DNA of 64,000 bases from Scenedesmus sp. PABB004 (Eukaryota), in assembly GCA_014905635.1 (NCBI GenBank), contig CM026547.1, positions 806,001 to 870,000 on the forward strand, in the 5' to 3' direction. The translations under genes and the position numbers were made by a program. Numbering within the stretch: position 1 is the stretch's first letter; every line of letters starts with the position of its first letter. A model generated the notes under the pieces. That model did not search any database, was not told the DNA's origin, and saw only the letters and a list, made by a program, of their open reading frames with translations. Positions 37,576 to 47,023 of this stretch are shown here, one piece after another.

Positions 37576-39012
37576 ATGGTGGCGGCGGGCACGGTGGCCC
37601 TGCTGCTGCTCTGCCTCTCGCTCAAGCTGGCACTCCTGGCGCTGCTCCTCGCCGCCTCGCTGCTCGGCGGCCTCCTCGCCTGGGCGGCGGGCGTCGTCGT
37701 GCGCCCCGTGATCGAACGCGCCGCGGCCAACGCCCTGGAGGAGGCCGCCGGCTGGGTGTCGTGGCCCGCCCTGCGCCGGCGCCTGCTGGCCGCGCTCGAC
37801 CCCGCGCTGGCGGCGCGGCGCTTCCATCCCGCGTTCTTCGGCCGCCGCCCGGCGCCGTGCGACCTGTACGCCGGCATCTGCATCACCCTCGACTGGCTGC
37901 GCGGGCAGGCGCCGTCGGGGCTGACGCCGCCGCTGGTGGTGTACCTGCGGCTGACGTGCAGGGCGCTGCACCAGTCGGAGCAGCTCGCGGCGACGAGCCT
38001 GTGCGTGCGGAGCCCGCTGCGCGTCGTCGACGTCGCGGGCGCGCTGTCCACGCCGGCGCGCTGGCGCCGCGTCGCCGCAGTGACGGCCGCGCACAGGCCC
38101 GAGGCGACGCCGCTGCTGCTCCTCCTCCTGAGCGCGCTGCCCGCGCTGCGCTCGCTGCGCGTGAGCGCGGGGCGGCCGGCCAGCGCGCTCGCCGCGCCGG
38201 GCGCCGGCGGCGCGGCCGACGCGCTGCTCGCCGCGGTCGCGGCCGCCATCGGCGCCGGGCGGGGCGGCGGCGACCGCGACGGCGCCGCGCGCGCCGAGGC
38301 GGCGGCCAAGGGCCTGCCCCACGCAGCCGTGGCCGGCCCGCAGCAGCAGCTCGGCTCGGCGGCCGGCGCCGCGGCGGCAGCGGTGGCAGCCGCGCTCCGC
38401 GTGGCGGCGGCGGCGGCGGCGGACGCCGCTGCGGCCGTGCAGCAGGCCTTCCCGCCGCCGGCGTCGGGCGAGGGCGGCGGCGGCGGCGGCGGCACGCGCG
38501 CGAGCGGCGGCGGCGGCGCCGGCGGCGCAGCGCCGGCCAGTGATGCCACCATCGACCTCGTCGCGGGGCTGGCCATCTGCGGCGCTCACTGGCCGGCCCT
38601 CCAGCGCCTGGACCTGGCGCACCTCGGGCTCACACCCGTCGCCGGGGCGCTGCTGGCGCAGGCGCAGGCGCGCGGGTGCTGGCCGCTGCTGGCGACGCTG
38701 CAGCTGGCCGGCAACCGCCTGGGCCTCCCAGGCGTGCGCGTGCTGCTGGCGGCGGCGGGCGCGCGCGGCTGGCGACGCCTGGAGCTGCTGGACCTGCGCG
38801 GCAATCTCGGCGACCGCGGCAGCGACGGCGCAGAGCTGGCAGAGCTGCTGGCGGGGCTTGAGGGCTGGACGGTCAGCAGCGACGCAGGGCCGCCGGCGGC
38901 GGCACCCGGCGAGCTGCTGCTGGCGCGTGGCGGCTGCGCGTGGGAGTGGCCCGGCGCGGCGGCGCCGCCGCCGCCGGCCGCGCGGCGCGCGGGCAGGCGC
39001 CTGCTGCTGTGA
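37576..39012 (+). CDS. Intronless protein with N-terminal hydrophobic segment and RNI-like leucine-rich repeats
   Basis: LQRLDLAHLGL, LATLQLAGNRL and LELLDLRGN match LxxLxLxxN repeats. Confidence 0.6.
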   Translation: MVAAGTVALLLLCLSLKLALLALLLAASLLGGLLAWAAGVVVRPVIERAAANALEEAAGWVSWPALRRRLLAALDPALAARRFHPAFFGRRPAPCDLYAGICITLDWLRGQAPSGLTPPLVVYLRLTCRALHQSEQLAATSLCVRSPLRVVDVAGALSTPARWRRVAAVTAAHRPEATPLLLLLLSALPALRSLRVSAGRPASALAAPGAGGAADALLAAVAAAIGAGRGGGDRDGAARAEAAAKGLPHAAVAGPQQQLGSAAGAAAAAVAAALRVAAAAAADAAAAVQQAFPPPASGEGGGGGGGTRASGGGGAGGAAPASDATIDLVAGLAICGAHWPALQRLDLAHLGLTPVAGALLAQAQARGCWPLLATLQLAGNRLGLPGVRVLLAAAGARGWRRLELLDLRGNLGDRGSDGAELAELLAGLEGWTVSSDAGPPAAAPGELLLARGGCAWEWPGAAAPPPPAARRAGRRLLL

Positions 39013-39072
39013 CCTCTCCCCTGACCTGACCTCCTGACCTTACCTCCGGACCTGACCTCCTGACCTGACCTC
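39010..39072 (+). repeat. Degenerate (cctgacct)-type tandem repeat just after the stop codon
   Basis: Directly visible. Confidence 0.75.
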
Positions 39073-39346
39073 TGGCAGCTTCTTGCGTGCTGACCTCTGT
39101 ACGATCAGTGCCGTCGGTGCCCATTCGTTCAATCCGGCCCTGACCGCACTGCGTTGTTCTGTCGTGCTTGCTTTGCTCAGCCTAGAGTCAGGGCTTGACG
39201 CCAAAGCTTGACGTGCTGACTGGTGCGCGAGCGCGCGCGCCGAGGGCTTGCTGCTTTGCTGTCTGTCGGCGGAGCTCCGCCGGCGAAGAATCGGGCTGCG
39301 GCCGGGTGGCGGAGAGTGGTTGCAACTCCCAGAGGCCGCCCTGCCA

Positions 39347-42300
39347 CTACGGCACCTCCGCCGCCGCTGACAGCGCCCAGCCGCCGCGGCCGTCGCCAGA
39401 GACGACCAGCAGCGCGCCGTGCGCGCCCGCCAGCGCGGCGCCGTGCCCCACGGTGACGTAGCTCACGCCCGCGTCCCGCAGCGCGCGGAACAGCGCCAGC
39501 GCCGCGTCGGCCGGCAGCGACGACGTCGGCTCGTCCAGCAGCGCCAGCGCGGGGCGGTGCAGCAGCAGGCGCGCAAAGGCGAGCCGCTGGAGCTCGCCCG
39601 GCGACAGCAGGGCGCCCCAGTCCGCCGCGGCGGTGTCCAGCCCCGCCGGCAGCCGCGGCAGCAGGTACGAGAGGCCTACCGCGTCCAGCGCGCCGAGCAG
39701 TCGCTGACAGGCGCCGCAGCACGCGCCGCCGCCGCTGCCGCCGGCGACCTGCTTGTGCGGCGCGTCCCCGCGCGGCGCAACGAGCTGCTCACGCTGCTGC
39801 TGCGCGCCCAGCTGCTGGTGCTCGCGCAGCACGCCGCACGTGAGCCAGTCCTGCCACCAGCCGCCGCTGCCGCGCTGCAGGTGCTGCCGCCGCCGCCGGT
39901 GGTGCCGCTGCTGCTGCACGAGCGCCGCCTGCTTGTCGCCCTGCCAGCCGCCGCCGTCGCACGCGCAGCTGCAGGCAAACGCCGCCCCCGGGCTCGGGTG
40001 GGCCAGCTGATCTCGTAGGCTCGGCCCCGGCGCCGCGAGCACGCGCTGCGGCAGGAACATGGCGCCGCCGCCGACTGCGCCGCCCTGCTGGCTCGCCGGC
40101 GCCGGCACGCTGAAGCGCCCCGCCTCGGCCGGCCACAGCCCCGCCAGGCAGCGCAGAAGCGTGGTCTTGCCGCAGCCGCTGGGCCCCCGGATGAGCAGGG
40201 AGCAGGGGCCAGGGCCCAGCCGCAGGTGCAGCTCCCGCACGACCGGCACGCCCGCGGGCGTGCCCACGCTGAGGCCGCAGCACGCCAGCAGCGGGGGACC
40301 CGCAGCACGAACCGCCGGCGGCCATGCGACTGGCGGCGGCGCCGCCGCCGCCGGGCCGAAGCAGCCGCCGCCGCCGCCGCCGCCGCTGCTGCTGCTCGTG
40401 CTCGCCACGCCGGCGCTCAGGCTGCAGCTGCCGCCGCCGCCGCCGCCGCAGCCGCTGCCGCCGCCCGCCGCGTGCCGCAGCGCCTCGTGCACGAGTGGGA
40501 GCGGCGCCGACGTGAAGAGCGTCGCCGGGTAGATTGCGGTGCCGGCGAGCGGGTGCCTGATGAGCGCAAAACCGCCGCCGCTGCCGCCGCCGCCGGGCTG
40601 CTGCTGCTGCTGCTGCGGCTGCTGCTGCTGCTGCGGCTGCTGCTGCTGCTTGGCGTAGCCCAGCAGCACGCTCGCGCCGATGACCTCGTCATACGCCGCG
40701 CCCGCCCCGCGCCCGCGCAGCGCGGCGCCGCTGCGCGGGTCGACCGCGTCCGCCCAGTGCCCCCTGCGGCGCCGCGGCCGGACAGCAGGGTCGGCGGGGT
40801 CGGCGCGGTCGGCGCGCCGGCGCGTGCGCTGCGGCCGCGCCCCGCGGCGCGCGGCGCGCGCGCACCTGGCCGCCAGGAAGCTGCACACCGCGCCCTGCCA
40901 GGCCAGGAAGGTGTCCAGCATGTGCCGCATCTCGCCCGCGCTGCACACGCCGCCGGGGCCGCCGCCCTCGCTGCTGTCGCTGTCGCCGCCGCCGCCCGCG
41001 CAGCTGTCGCCATCGGCGCCGCTGTCGCTGCCGCCGGCGAGCACGCCGAGCGGCACCTCCGCCTGCCCGCGCGCGCGCGCCGCGCCGAGCGCGCGCGCCA
41101 GGCGGCGCCGCGCGGGCCCGCAGAACTGCACGCTCACCACGGCCAGGAGCGGCGCGAGGCGGGGCGAGTCGGGGAAGGCGCGGCGCACCTCCTGCAGCAG
41201 CACGTCGCTGCCCAGGCCGTGCACGCTGACCTGCAGCACCTCCGGCTCGGCCGCACCGCCCGCGCCGCCCGCGCCCGCCGCGCCGGCCGCCGGCGCGACG
41301 GCCACGAGCGCCGGCGGCTGCAGCGTCACCGCCTGGCTCGCGAAGCGCCGGTGCGCCGGCGCGGCGCCGTCGCCGACGAGCTGCAGTGGCCACGCGCCCT
41401 CCCACGACGCACGCGGCGGCGGCGCCGGCGGCGCGGCCTGCTCCTGCTCCTGCTGCAGCTCCAGCCGCGCATACTGCTGCGGCTGCAGCCGCTCCAGCTC
41501 CTCCAGCAGCTCGCTCACGCGCGCGGTGAGGCCGGCCAGGGTCGACGCCTGGCCGCCGAGGTCGAGCACCTGGCGCCCCCGGCGGGCGGCGGCGCGGCGC
41601 GGCGTGTCGGCGGCGGCGCGCACTCGGCCCCGGGCGCGTGCACTGCCGGCCGGAGCACCATCTCGTGCAAGTGTGTGATGGGAGTCCGTGCTTGATGGGA
41701 GTGCGGGCGCGCTCCCATCACACACTTGGGAGCGCGCCCGCACTCCCATCAAGCACACTTGGGAGCGCGCCCGCACTCCCATCAAGCACTGGCTCCCATC
41801 ACACACTGGCACGAGCGCTGACGCGAGCACCGCTGGCGCTCCCACACGGCCGCCGCCGCACCTGTGTGAGGCTGTTGATGAGGGTGAGCAGGTAGAAGCT
41901 GGCCAGCGACACGCGCGCCGCGAGCCCGCCGGGGCTGTGCCGCGCGTCGGCCCAGCCGTCGCCGCCAAACACCGCGGCCGCGAGGCACCCAAAGCTGACG
42001 ACAAGGCCGCCGTAGTCGAGGGCCTTGGTCGCGCACGTCAGCGCCGCGCGGCGCAGCACGAGGGCGCCCTGCGCGCGCAGCACGCGCGCGAGCGCGCCCG
42101 CGAGCGCCGCGCCCTCGGCCGGCGCGGCGCGCGCGAGCGCTACCTCGGGCGCCCACGCGCGCAGGCGCATGTGCGCGTAGCGGTAGCCGCCCTCCGCGGC
42201 CTCGAGCGCAAACACGCCCGCCGCGACCGGCGCCATCGCGAGGCGCTGCAGCAGCGCGCCCGCGGCAAAGTAGGCGCCCGCCGCGAGCACGGGCAGCCAG

Positions 42301-42896
42301 CTGCCAAACACCTGGCGCGTGAGGTGGGCGTACCAGAGCGCGCCAAACGGCGCGCCCGCGAGCACGCCCAGCACGTCGGCCAGCGCGTCGGTGAGCAGCG
42401 GCAGGTCCTGCGCCAGGCGCTGGTCGGGGCTGTCCGCGCGCAGCGCGGCGCCGCCGGCGACGGCGGACACGTAGAGCGCCTGCGCGTGCGCCGCGAGCGC
42501 GCCGCGCCAGCGCCACGCGAGCGCGTCGCGCAGCGCGGCCTTGGCCGCGTAGAACGCGGCCGCGCCGGCGTAGGCGCCGCCGCTCCAGGCCAGCAGCCCC
42601 GCCACGCGCCCGCGCTGGTCGTCGAGGAAGGCGGCGTAGAAGGCGGCCGACACCGCCCCGAGCCGCGACACGAGCAGCGCCTCGGCCACCGCGACGCCCG
42701 CCAGCGCGAGCGCCGGCCACGCGCGCAGCAGCACGAGCAGGCGCGACAGCCGCCGCGCCAGGCGCCAGCCCAGGTCCACCGGCGGCCGCCGCGCAGGCGG
42801 CGGCGGCGGCGGCGGGCCGGGGCGCTGCCGCTCGTGCGGCGGCAGCAGCGGCGCCGCCGCGCCGCGCGCCGGGCCGTCGGCGCCGCGCGCACCCAT
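39347..42896 (-). CDS. ABCD4: ABCD4 (CblJ)-like half ABC transporter with an internal MMADHC/CblD-like domain, 3 exons
   Basis: Exons 42896-41862, 41569-40866 and 40763-39347. TMD: DSPDQRLAQD, PFGALWY, EGGYRYAHMRLR, LDYGG, LAGLTARVSEL. NBD: GPSGCGKTTLLRCLAGLW, FLPQ, LSPGELQRLAFARL, LLDEPTS, TVGH. Insert: FLAWQGAVCSFLAARGHWADAVDPRSG...IRHPLAGTAIYPATLFTSAP. Confidence 0.85.
41662..41815. repeat. 154-bp inverted repeat (56-bp arms) inside ABCD4-like intron 1
   Basis: 41662-41717 is the reverse complement of 41760-41815 at 53 of 56 positions. The 42-nt loop carries a further partial arm copy. Confidence 0.92.
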
Positions 42897-43295
42897 CACG
42901 CCCGTTGGACGAGTGGGATCAGAGCGGGTCCATGGGACACCGGGGCGCGGCGTGGGGGGTGCGCTGCGCGGCCCTCGCTGCTGCTGCGGCGGGCTGTGGC
43001 GGGCGGGCGCGGCGTGGCGGCCAGGCGCGGTCGGGGGCGCCTATCTCGGTGCTCTGTATCTCCCAGCGGGCGGCGAGGGGCTGGCGCTGAGCCCCGGTGG
43101 GCACTGCCCTGCCGCCTCGCCTGCCCGCGCCCCTGCTCGCCCCGCCCCGACCCGCCGCGCGCCGCCACTCCTCCCACCGCTCGCCCACTCTCCGTACCTC
43201 CCGGAGCGCGCCCCCTCCCGCCCGCTCGCCCTCGGCCGGGGCGCCATTGGCAGCAGCAGCGGCGTCGATCCCCGCGCCGCGCCGCCGCCGCGGGC

Positions 43296-43733
43296 ATGGC
43301 GCTGCGCGCCCTGGGCCGCGCGCTGGCGCCGGCGCTGACGCGTGCCAGCAGCTCCACGCCCACGGTGTTCGACCGCATGGTGCAGATCTTTGTCATCGAC
43401 AAGAGCGGCGTGCGGCACACCGTGCGGGGGCTCGAGGGCGCGTCGCTCGCGTCGGCGCTGCAGGAGTACGGCGGCTTCGGCGACGACAGCTTCATGCCGC
43501 ACGTCTTCGAGCCGGGGCTGCCCGACTGCCACGTCTACGTGCAGGGCGACTACCTCGACAAGCTGCCGCCGCTCGACGGCGAGGCGGCGCAGGACCACGC
43601 GCGCGTGCTCGAGACCGCGGTGCGCGCCAAGGCGCGCGACAACAGCCGCATGGCGCACTACATCGCCCTCACGCCCGCGCTCAACGGCATGACCGTCGCG
43701 CTCGGCGACGTCGAGCCGTGGGAGACGCAGTGA
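43296..43733 (+). CDS. Mitochondrial complex I bridge ferredoxin (C1-FDX/NUOP3-like), intronless
   Basis: Presequence MALRALGRAL, then DRMVQIFVIDKSG..RGLEG, CHVYV..YLDKLPP and NSRM...LNGMTVAL..EPW. Adrenodoxin-like fold with only one Cys. Confidence 0.8.
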   Translation: MALRALGRALAPALTRASSSTPTVFDRMVQIFVIDKSGVRHTVRGLEGASLASALQEYGGFGDDSFMPHVFEPGLPDCHVYVQGDYLDKLPPLDGEAAQDHARVLETAVRAKARDNSRMAHYIALTPALNGMTVALGDVEPWETQ

Positions 43734-44131
43734 CGGCGCGGGCGCGCGGCGGCGCGGCCGCGCAGCCGCAAGGCGCGCCAGCGGGCGCGGCGGCGCGGGC
43801 GGCGAGCTCGCTGGCGGGGGCGGCACATTTGGGTGACCGGGCGGCGGCGGGGATATGGGGGACTGTAGCGAGCGCAGCGCGCGTGGTGCTGCTGCTGATT
43901 GACCTGCGCCGCCGAGAGCGGCGGCGGCTGCGGGGCGCGAGCAGCGGCGTACGGGCGCGCCGGCCGCGCGCGCGGCGGCAGAGTAACCGCAAGGCGGTCG
44001 CGGCCCGTTGCTCGGCGTGCCCCCCGCGGCGCTCGCTTTGCAGCGGCGCCCCACCCACCCGCCCGACCGCGCTCGGGCCGCGGGCGCCCGGCGCTGCGCT
44101 GCGGCCCTCGAATGGACAACGCGGCGCCGCG

Positions 44132-45966
44132 TCAGGCGGCCTTGAAGTGGTCGTCGTCGCAGGTGGTGTACACGTGCGCCTCGCTGGTGAGGCTCTCGAT
44201 CGCGGCGTCGATCGCCGCCTTGCCGTACTGCCCGCTCAGCTTGGTGTAGAGCTGCGGGCGACGCCGGCGACGCGGCGCGCGTGCGCGCGTGCGCGTGCGG
44301 TGAGAAAGCCCGCTCCGGGCGGGAGCGCAGCGAGGCGCTCCGCCCCGCCCGCGTCGCGCGGGCGGCCGCGGCCGTGTCGCGCGCCGTGCGGCGCGCACCT
44401 CGTGCTTGTGCGCGCCGTTGTCGGAGTTGGCGGCCTGGATTATGGCCATCACCGCGGCGGAGCACGGGTCGCCCGCGCCGCCGGCGGCGCCGGCGTACGC
44501 GGTCGCGCCGCCGGCGCCGCCCCAGCCGCCCGCCGCGGCGCCGCCGCCCGGCGCGCCCAGGCCGGCCATGCCGGCGCCGCCGGCGAGGCCCTGCGCGCGG
44601 GCGCGGGCACGGCGTGCGCTCGCGGCCAGCGCTCGCGGCGTGCGCTCGCGCGCGCTGCCGCCGGCGCACGGGCGGGCGCCGGCAGCCGCGCGGCGCGCGG
44701 CGCGCCTGGCCGGGCGCGCCCGCGCCGCCCTTGGTGATGTGGAGGTGCTCAAAGATGCATCGCAGGAAGTGGTACGTCACCTGGGCGGCGGCGCCAGGGT
44801 TCAGGGGTCAGGGGCCAGGGTTGAGCGCGGCGCCCGGTGCGGCGCCGGGGCGGGCGGGCCACGCCGCGGCCCGCAGGCGCGCGCCGCGGCGCGGGGCCGC
44901 TGCGGCGCGCGGTGTCACCTCGTTGAAGTTGGTGATGGAGCGCACGTTGAAGGCTTGCAGGTTGGGCGCGTGGCTGTGCTGGCTGCGGCGCAGGTGCCCA
45001 AACGCGCGCACGTACACGCCCGCGCGCCACTCGGCCTTCTTGTTCGCCGCCGTCTGTTGGCGCACGGGCGCGGCGCGGCGCGCGCGTCAGCCTGGCTGAC
45101 GCGCCGGTGGCGCTGCCGGCGGCTGCGGCGCCTGCTGCCGCGTGCGCGGTGCGGGCGGCGCACCACGTCGCTGTCGTCGCTGATCCAGTGGTCCAGCTCC
45201 ATGGTGCCGGTGCCGTCGCTGATGGTGAGCGTGAGGTTCATGTTGCTGTCCTTCACGCCCACGATCTTGCCCAGCACCGTCACCTGGCGCGGGCGGGGCG
45301 TGTGTGTGTTGGAGGGGGGGGGGGGGCAGCGCGCGTCGACGGGCGCGCGCGGCGACGGGCGTCGGCGCGCGGCGCGCCCGGGCGCCCGTGGGCGCCGCCG
45401 GGCGGAGAGCAGCGCGGCGCGCACGTTGTTGAGCTCCACGCCGTCAACCTTGAAGACGTCGTCGTCGGTGTTGGCCACCGCCTGCGTGCGCGGGGTTCGC
45501 GCGGGCCGGGCCGGCGGCGGGCCGGGCCGGGTCGGCGCGCGGGCTCGGGCGGCCGCGCGCGGCGCGCGGCGCGCCCGGCGGCGCGGCGCCGCACCTTGAC
45601 CAGCTGCCGGATGGTGAGCGTGCGCAGCGTCACGGCGCTGCTGCCGCGGGACTGCGCGCGCGGCAGCGGCGGCGGCGGCTTGGGCGGCCTGCGCCGGCGC
45701 GTGGCGCCGCGCCGCTGCCGCGCGCCGCGCCGCGCACCCGCCCGCCGGAGCCGGCGCCGCCGCCGAAGCCCTGGTCGTTGGCTTGGCTGCGCGGGGCGGC
45801 GGCCGGGCGGCGGCGGCTGCGGGTGAGCCGGCGCGCGGCGCGTGCGGGCGGCAGCGGCGGCGCGCCGCGCTGCTGTCGCGCCGCCGGCCCGCCTGGGCAT
45901 GAAGCCGCCGCCCGCGAACTGGTTGCCCGCGTCGCCGCCGAAGCCGCCGCCAAACATGCCCGCCAT
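44132..45966 (-). CDS. RPA2: Replication protein A 32-kDa subunit, about 9 exons
   Basis: FAGGGFMPSQ, TLTIRQL, VDGVELNNV, ISDGTG, YVRAFGHL, ITNFNEVTYHFLRCI and winged-helix end VYTTCDDDHFK. Confidence 0.92.
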
Positions 45967-47023
45967 GGCGCCTGCTGCGGAGCAGAGGCAGCAGCGGGGG
46001 ATGCGGCAGCAAGTTTGAATGGCGCGCCGCGCCAAACGGCCGCGGGCCGGCGCCCAGACGCGCCCGGCGCGTCGATCGGTCGCTTAAGCACCGCGCCGGG
46101 AGCGCCCGGGCCGCCGCGGCGCCGCGGCGGGCCACGACACGCCGAGCACGCGGGCCGCGGGGCCGTGCGGGCCGCCCGCGCTGCCGCACGTCGCGGCGCG
46201 CTCACCGGAGCTGTGTGAAAGCGAGACGGCGCCGGACAGCCGCGCCGCGGGGCGCGAGGGGGCCGCGGGGCGGCGCTGGCGCGGGGGGAGCTCGAGTCTG
46301 CAGGCGCGGAGGCTGGCGAGGGTGCGGCTGCACGGGCGATGTGGGCGGGGTGAGCCCCGGGGTGCCCCTGCGTGCCCCCCGCGCGCAAAGACCTGGGCCG
46401 CGGCGATGGTGATGCGCGCCCACCACCCCGCGCCTGCAGCGCGCGCCGCCCCACATTGGCGCAGCGTCGCGGCCGTCCCCGCCCCCGCACCACCGCACGC
46501 GACCCCGGCGAGCCAGGTGCGCACCGCGCGCGCACGCCGGCGGGCGCGGCGCCCCGGCGCGCGCAGCGGGCGCGGGGGCGACCGGGAGTCGGCGGCGGGC
46601 CGGTAGCAGGCCGCACGAGGGGCGCCAGGGCACCCCGCGGGCGGCCCAGGCGCCTGCGCGCTGATGGAGCGTTACAAGCGCTCCCGCGGCCTGCACCGGG
46701 CGCCTGCGGGCGCGGGCGCGCGGCGGCGGCACCGTCCCGGCTCCTGGGTGGCGCGGGGCGGCCGAGCGGCGGGGCAACTGCAGCAACGGTTCCCTGATTG
46801 CGCCTGCGCCCCGCCCAGCCGGCCGCGCGCGCCCGGATTGCAGGGTGCCGCCCCGCCCCCGGGTCGGCGGGCGGGCCGGGCGGGCCCCGGGCTGCGGGCG
46901 GGCCCGGCGGCGGGCCGCGGCGCCTCCGGCGGCGCGGCAGCAGCGGCGGCGCTGACGCTGCTGCCGCCGCCCCGCCCGCGCCCGCGGCCGCCGCAGGCCC
47001 CTCGCCGCCGGCGCTCCACCGCC

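Noticed and set aside
41570..41861. Cobalamin riboswitch in ABCD4-like intron 1
   Set aside because: No recognisable B12 box or other riboswitch motif by eye. The structure is a simple long palindrome. An Rfam cmsearch would be decisive.
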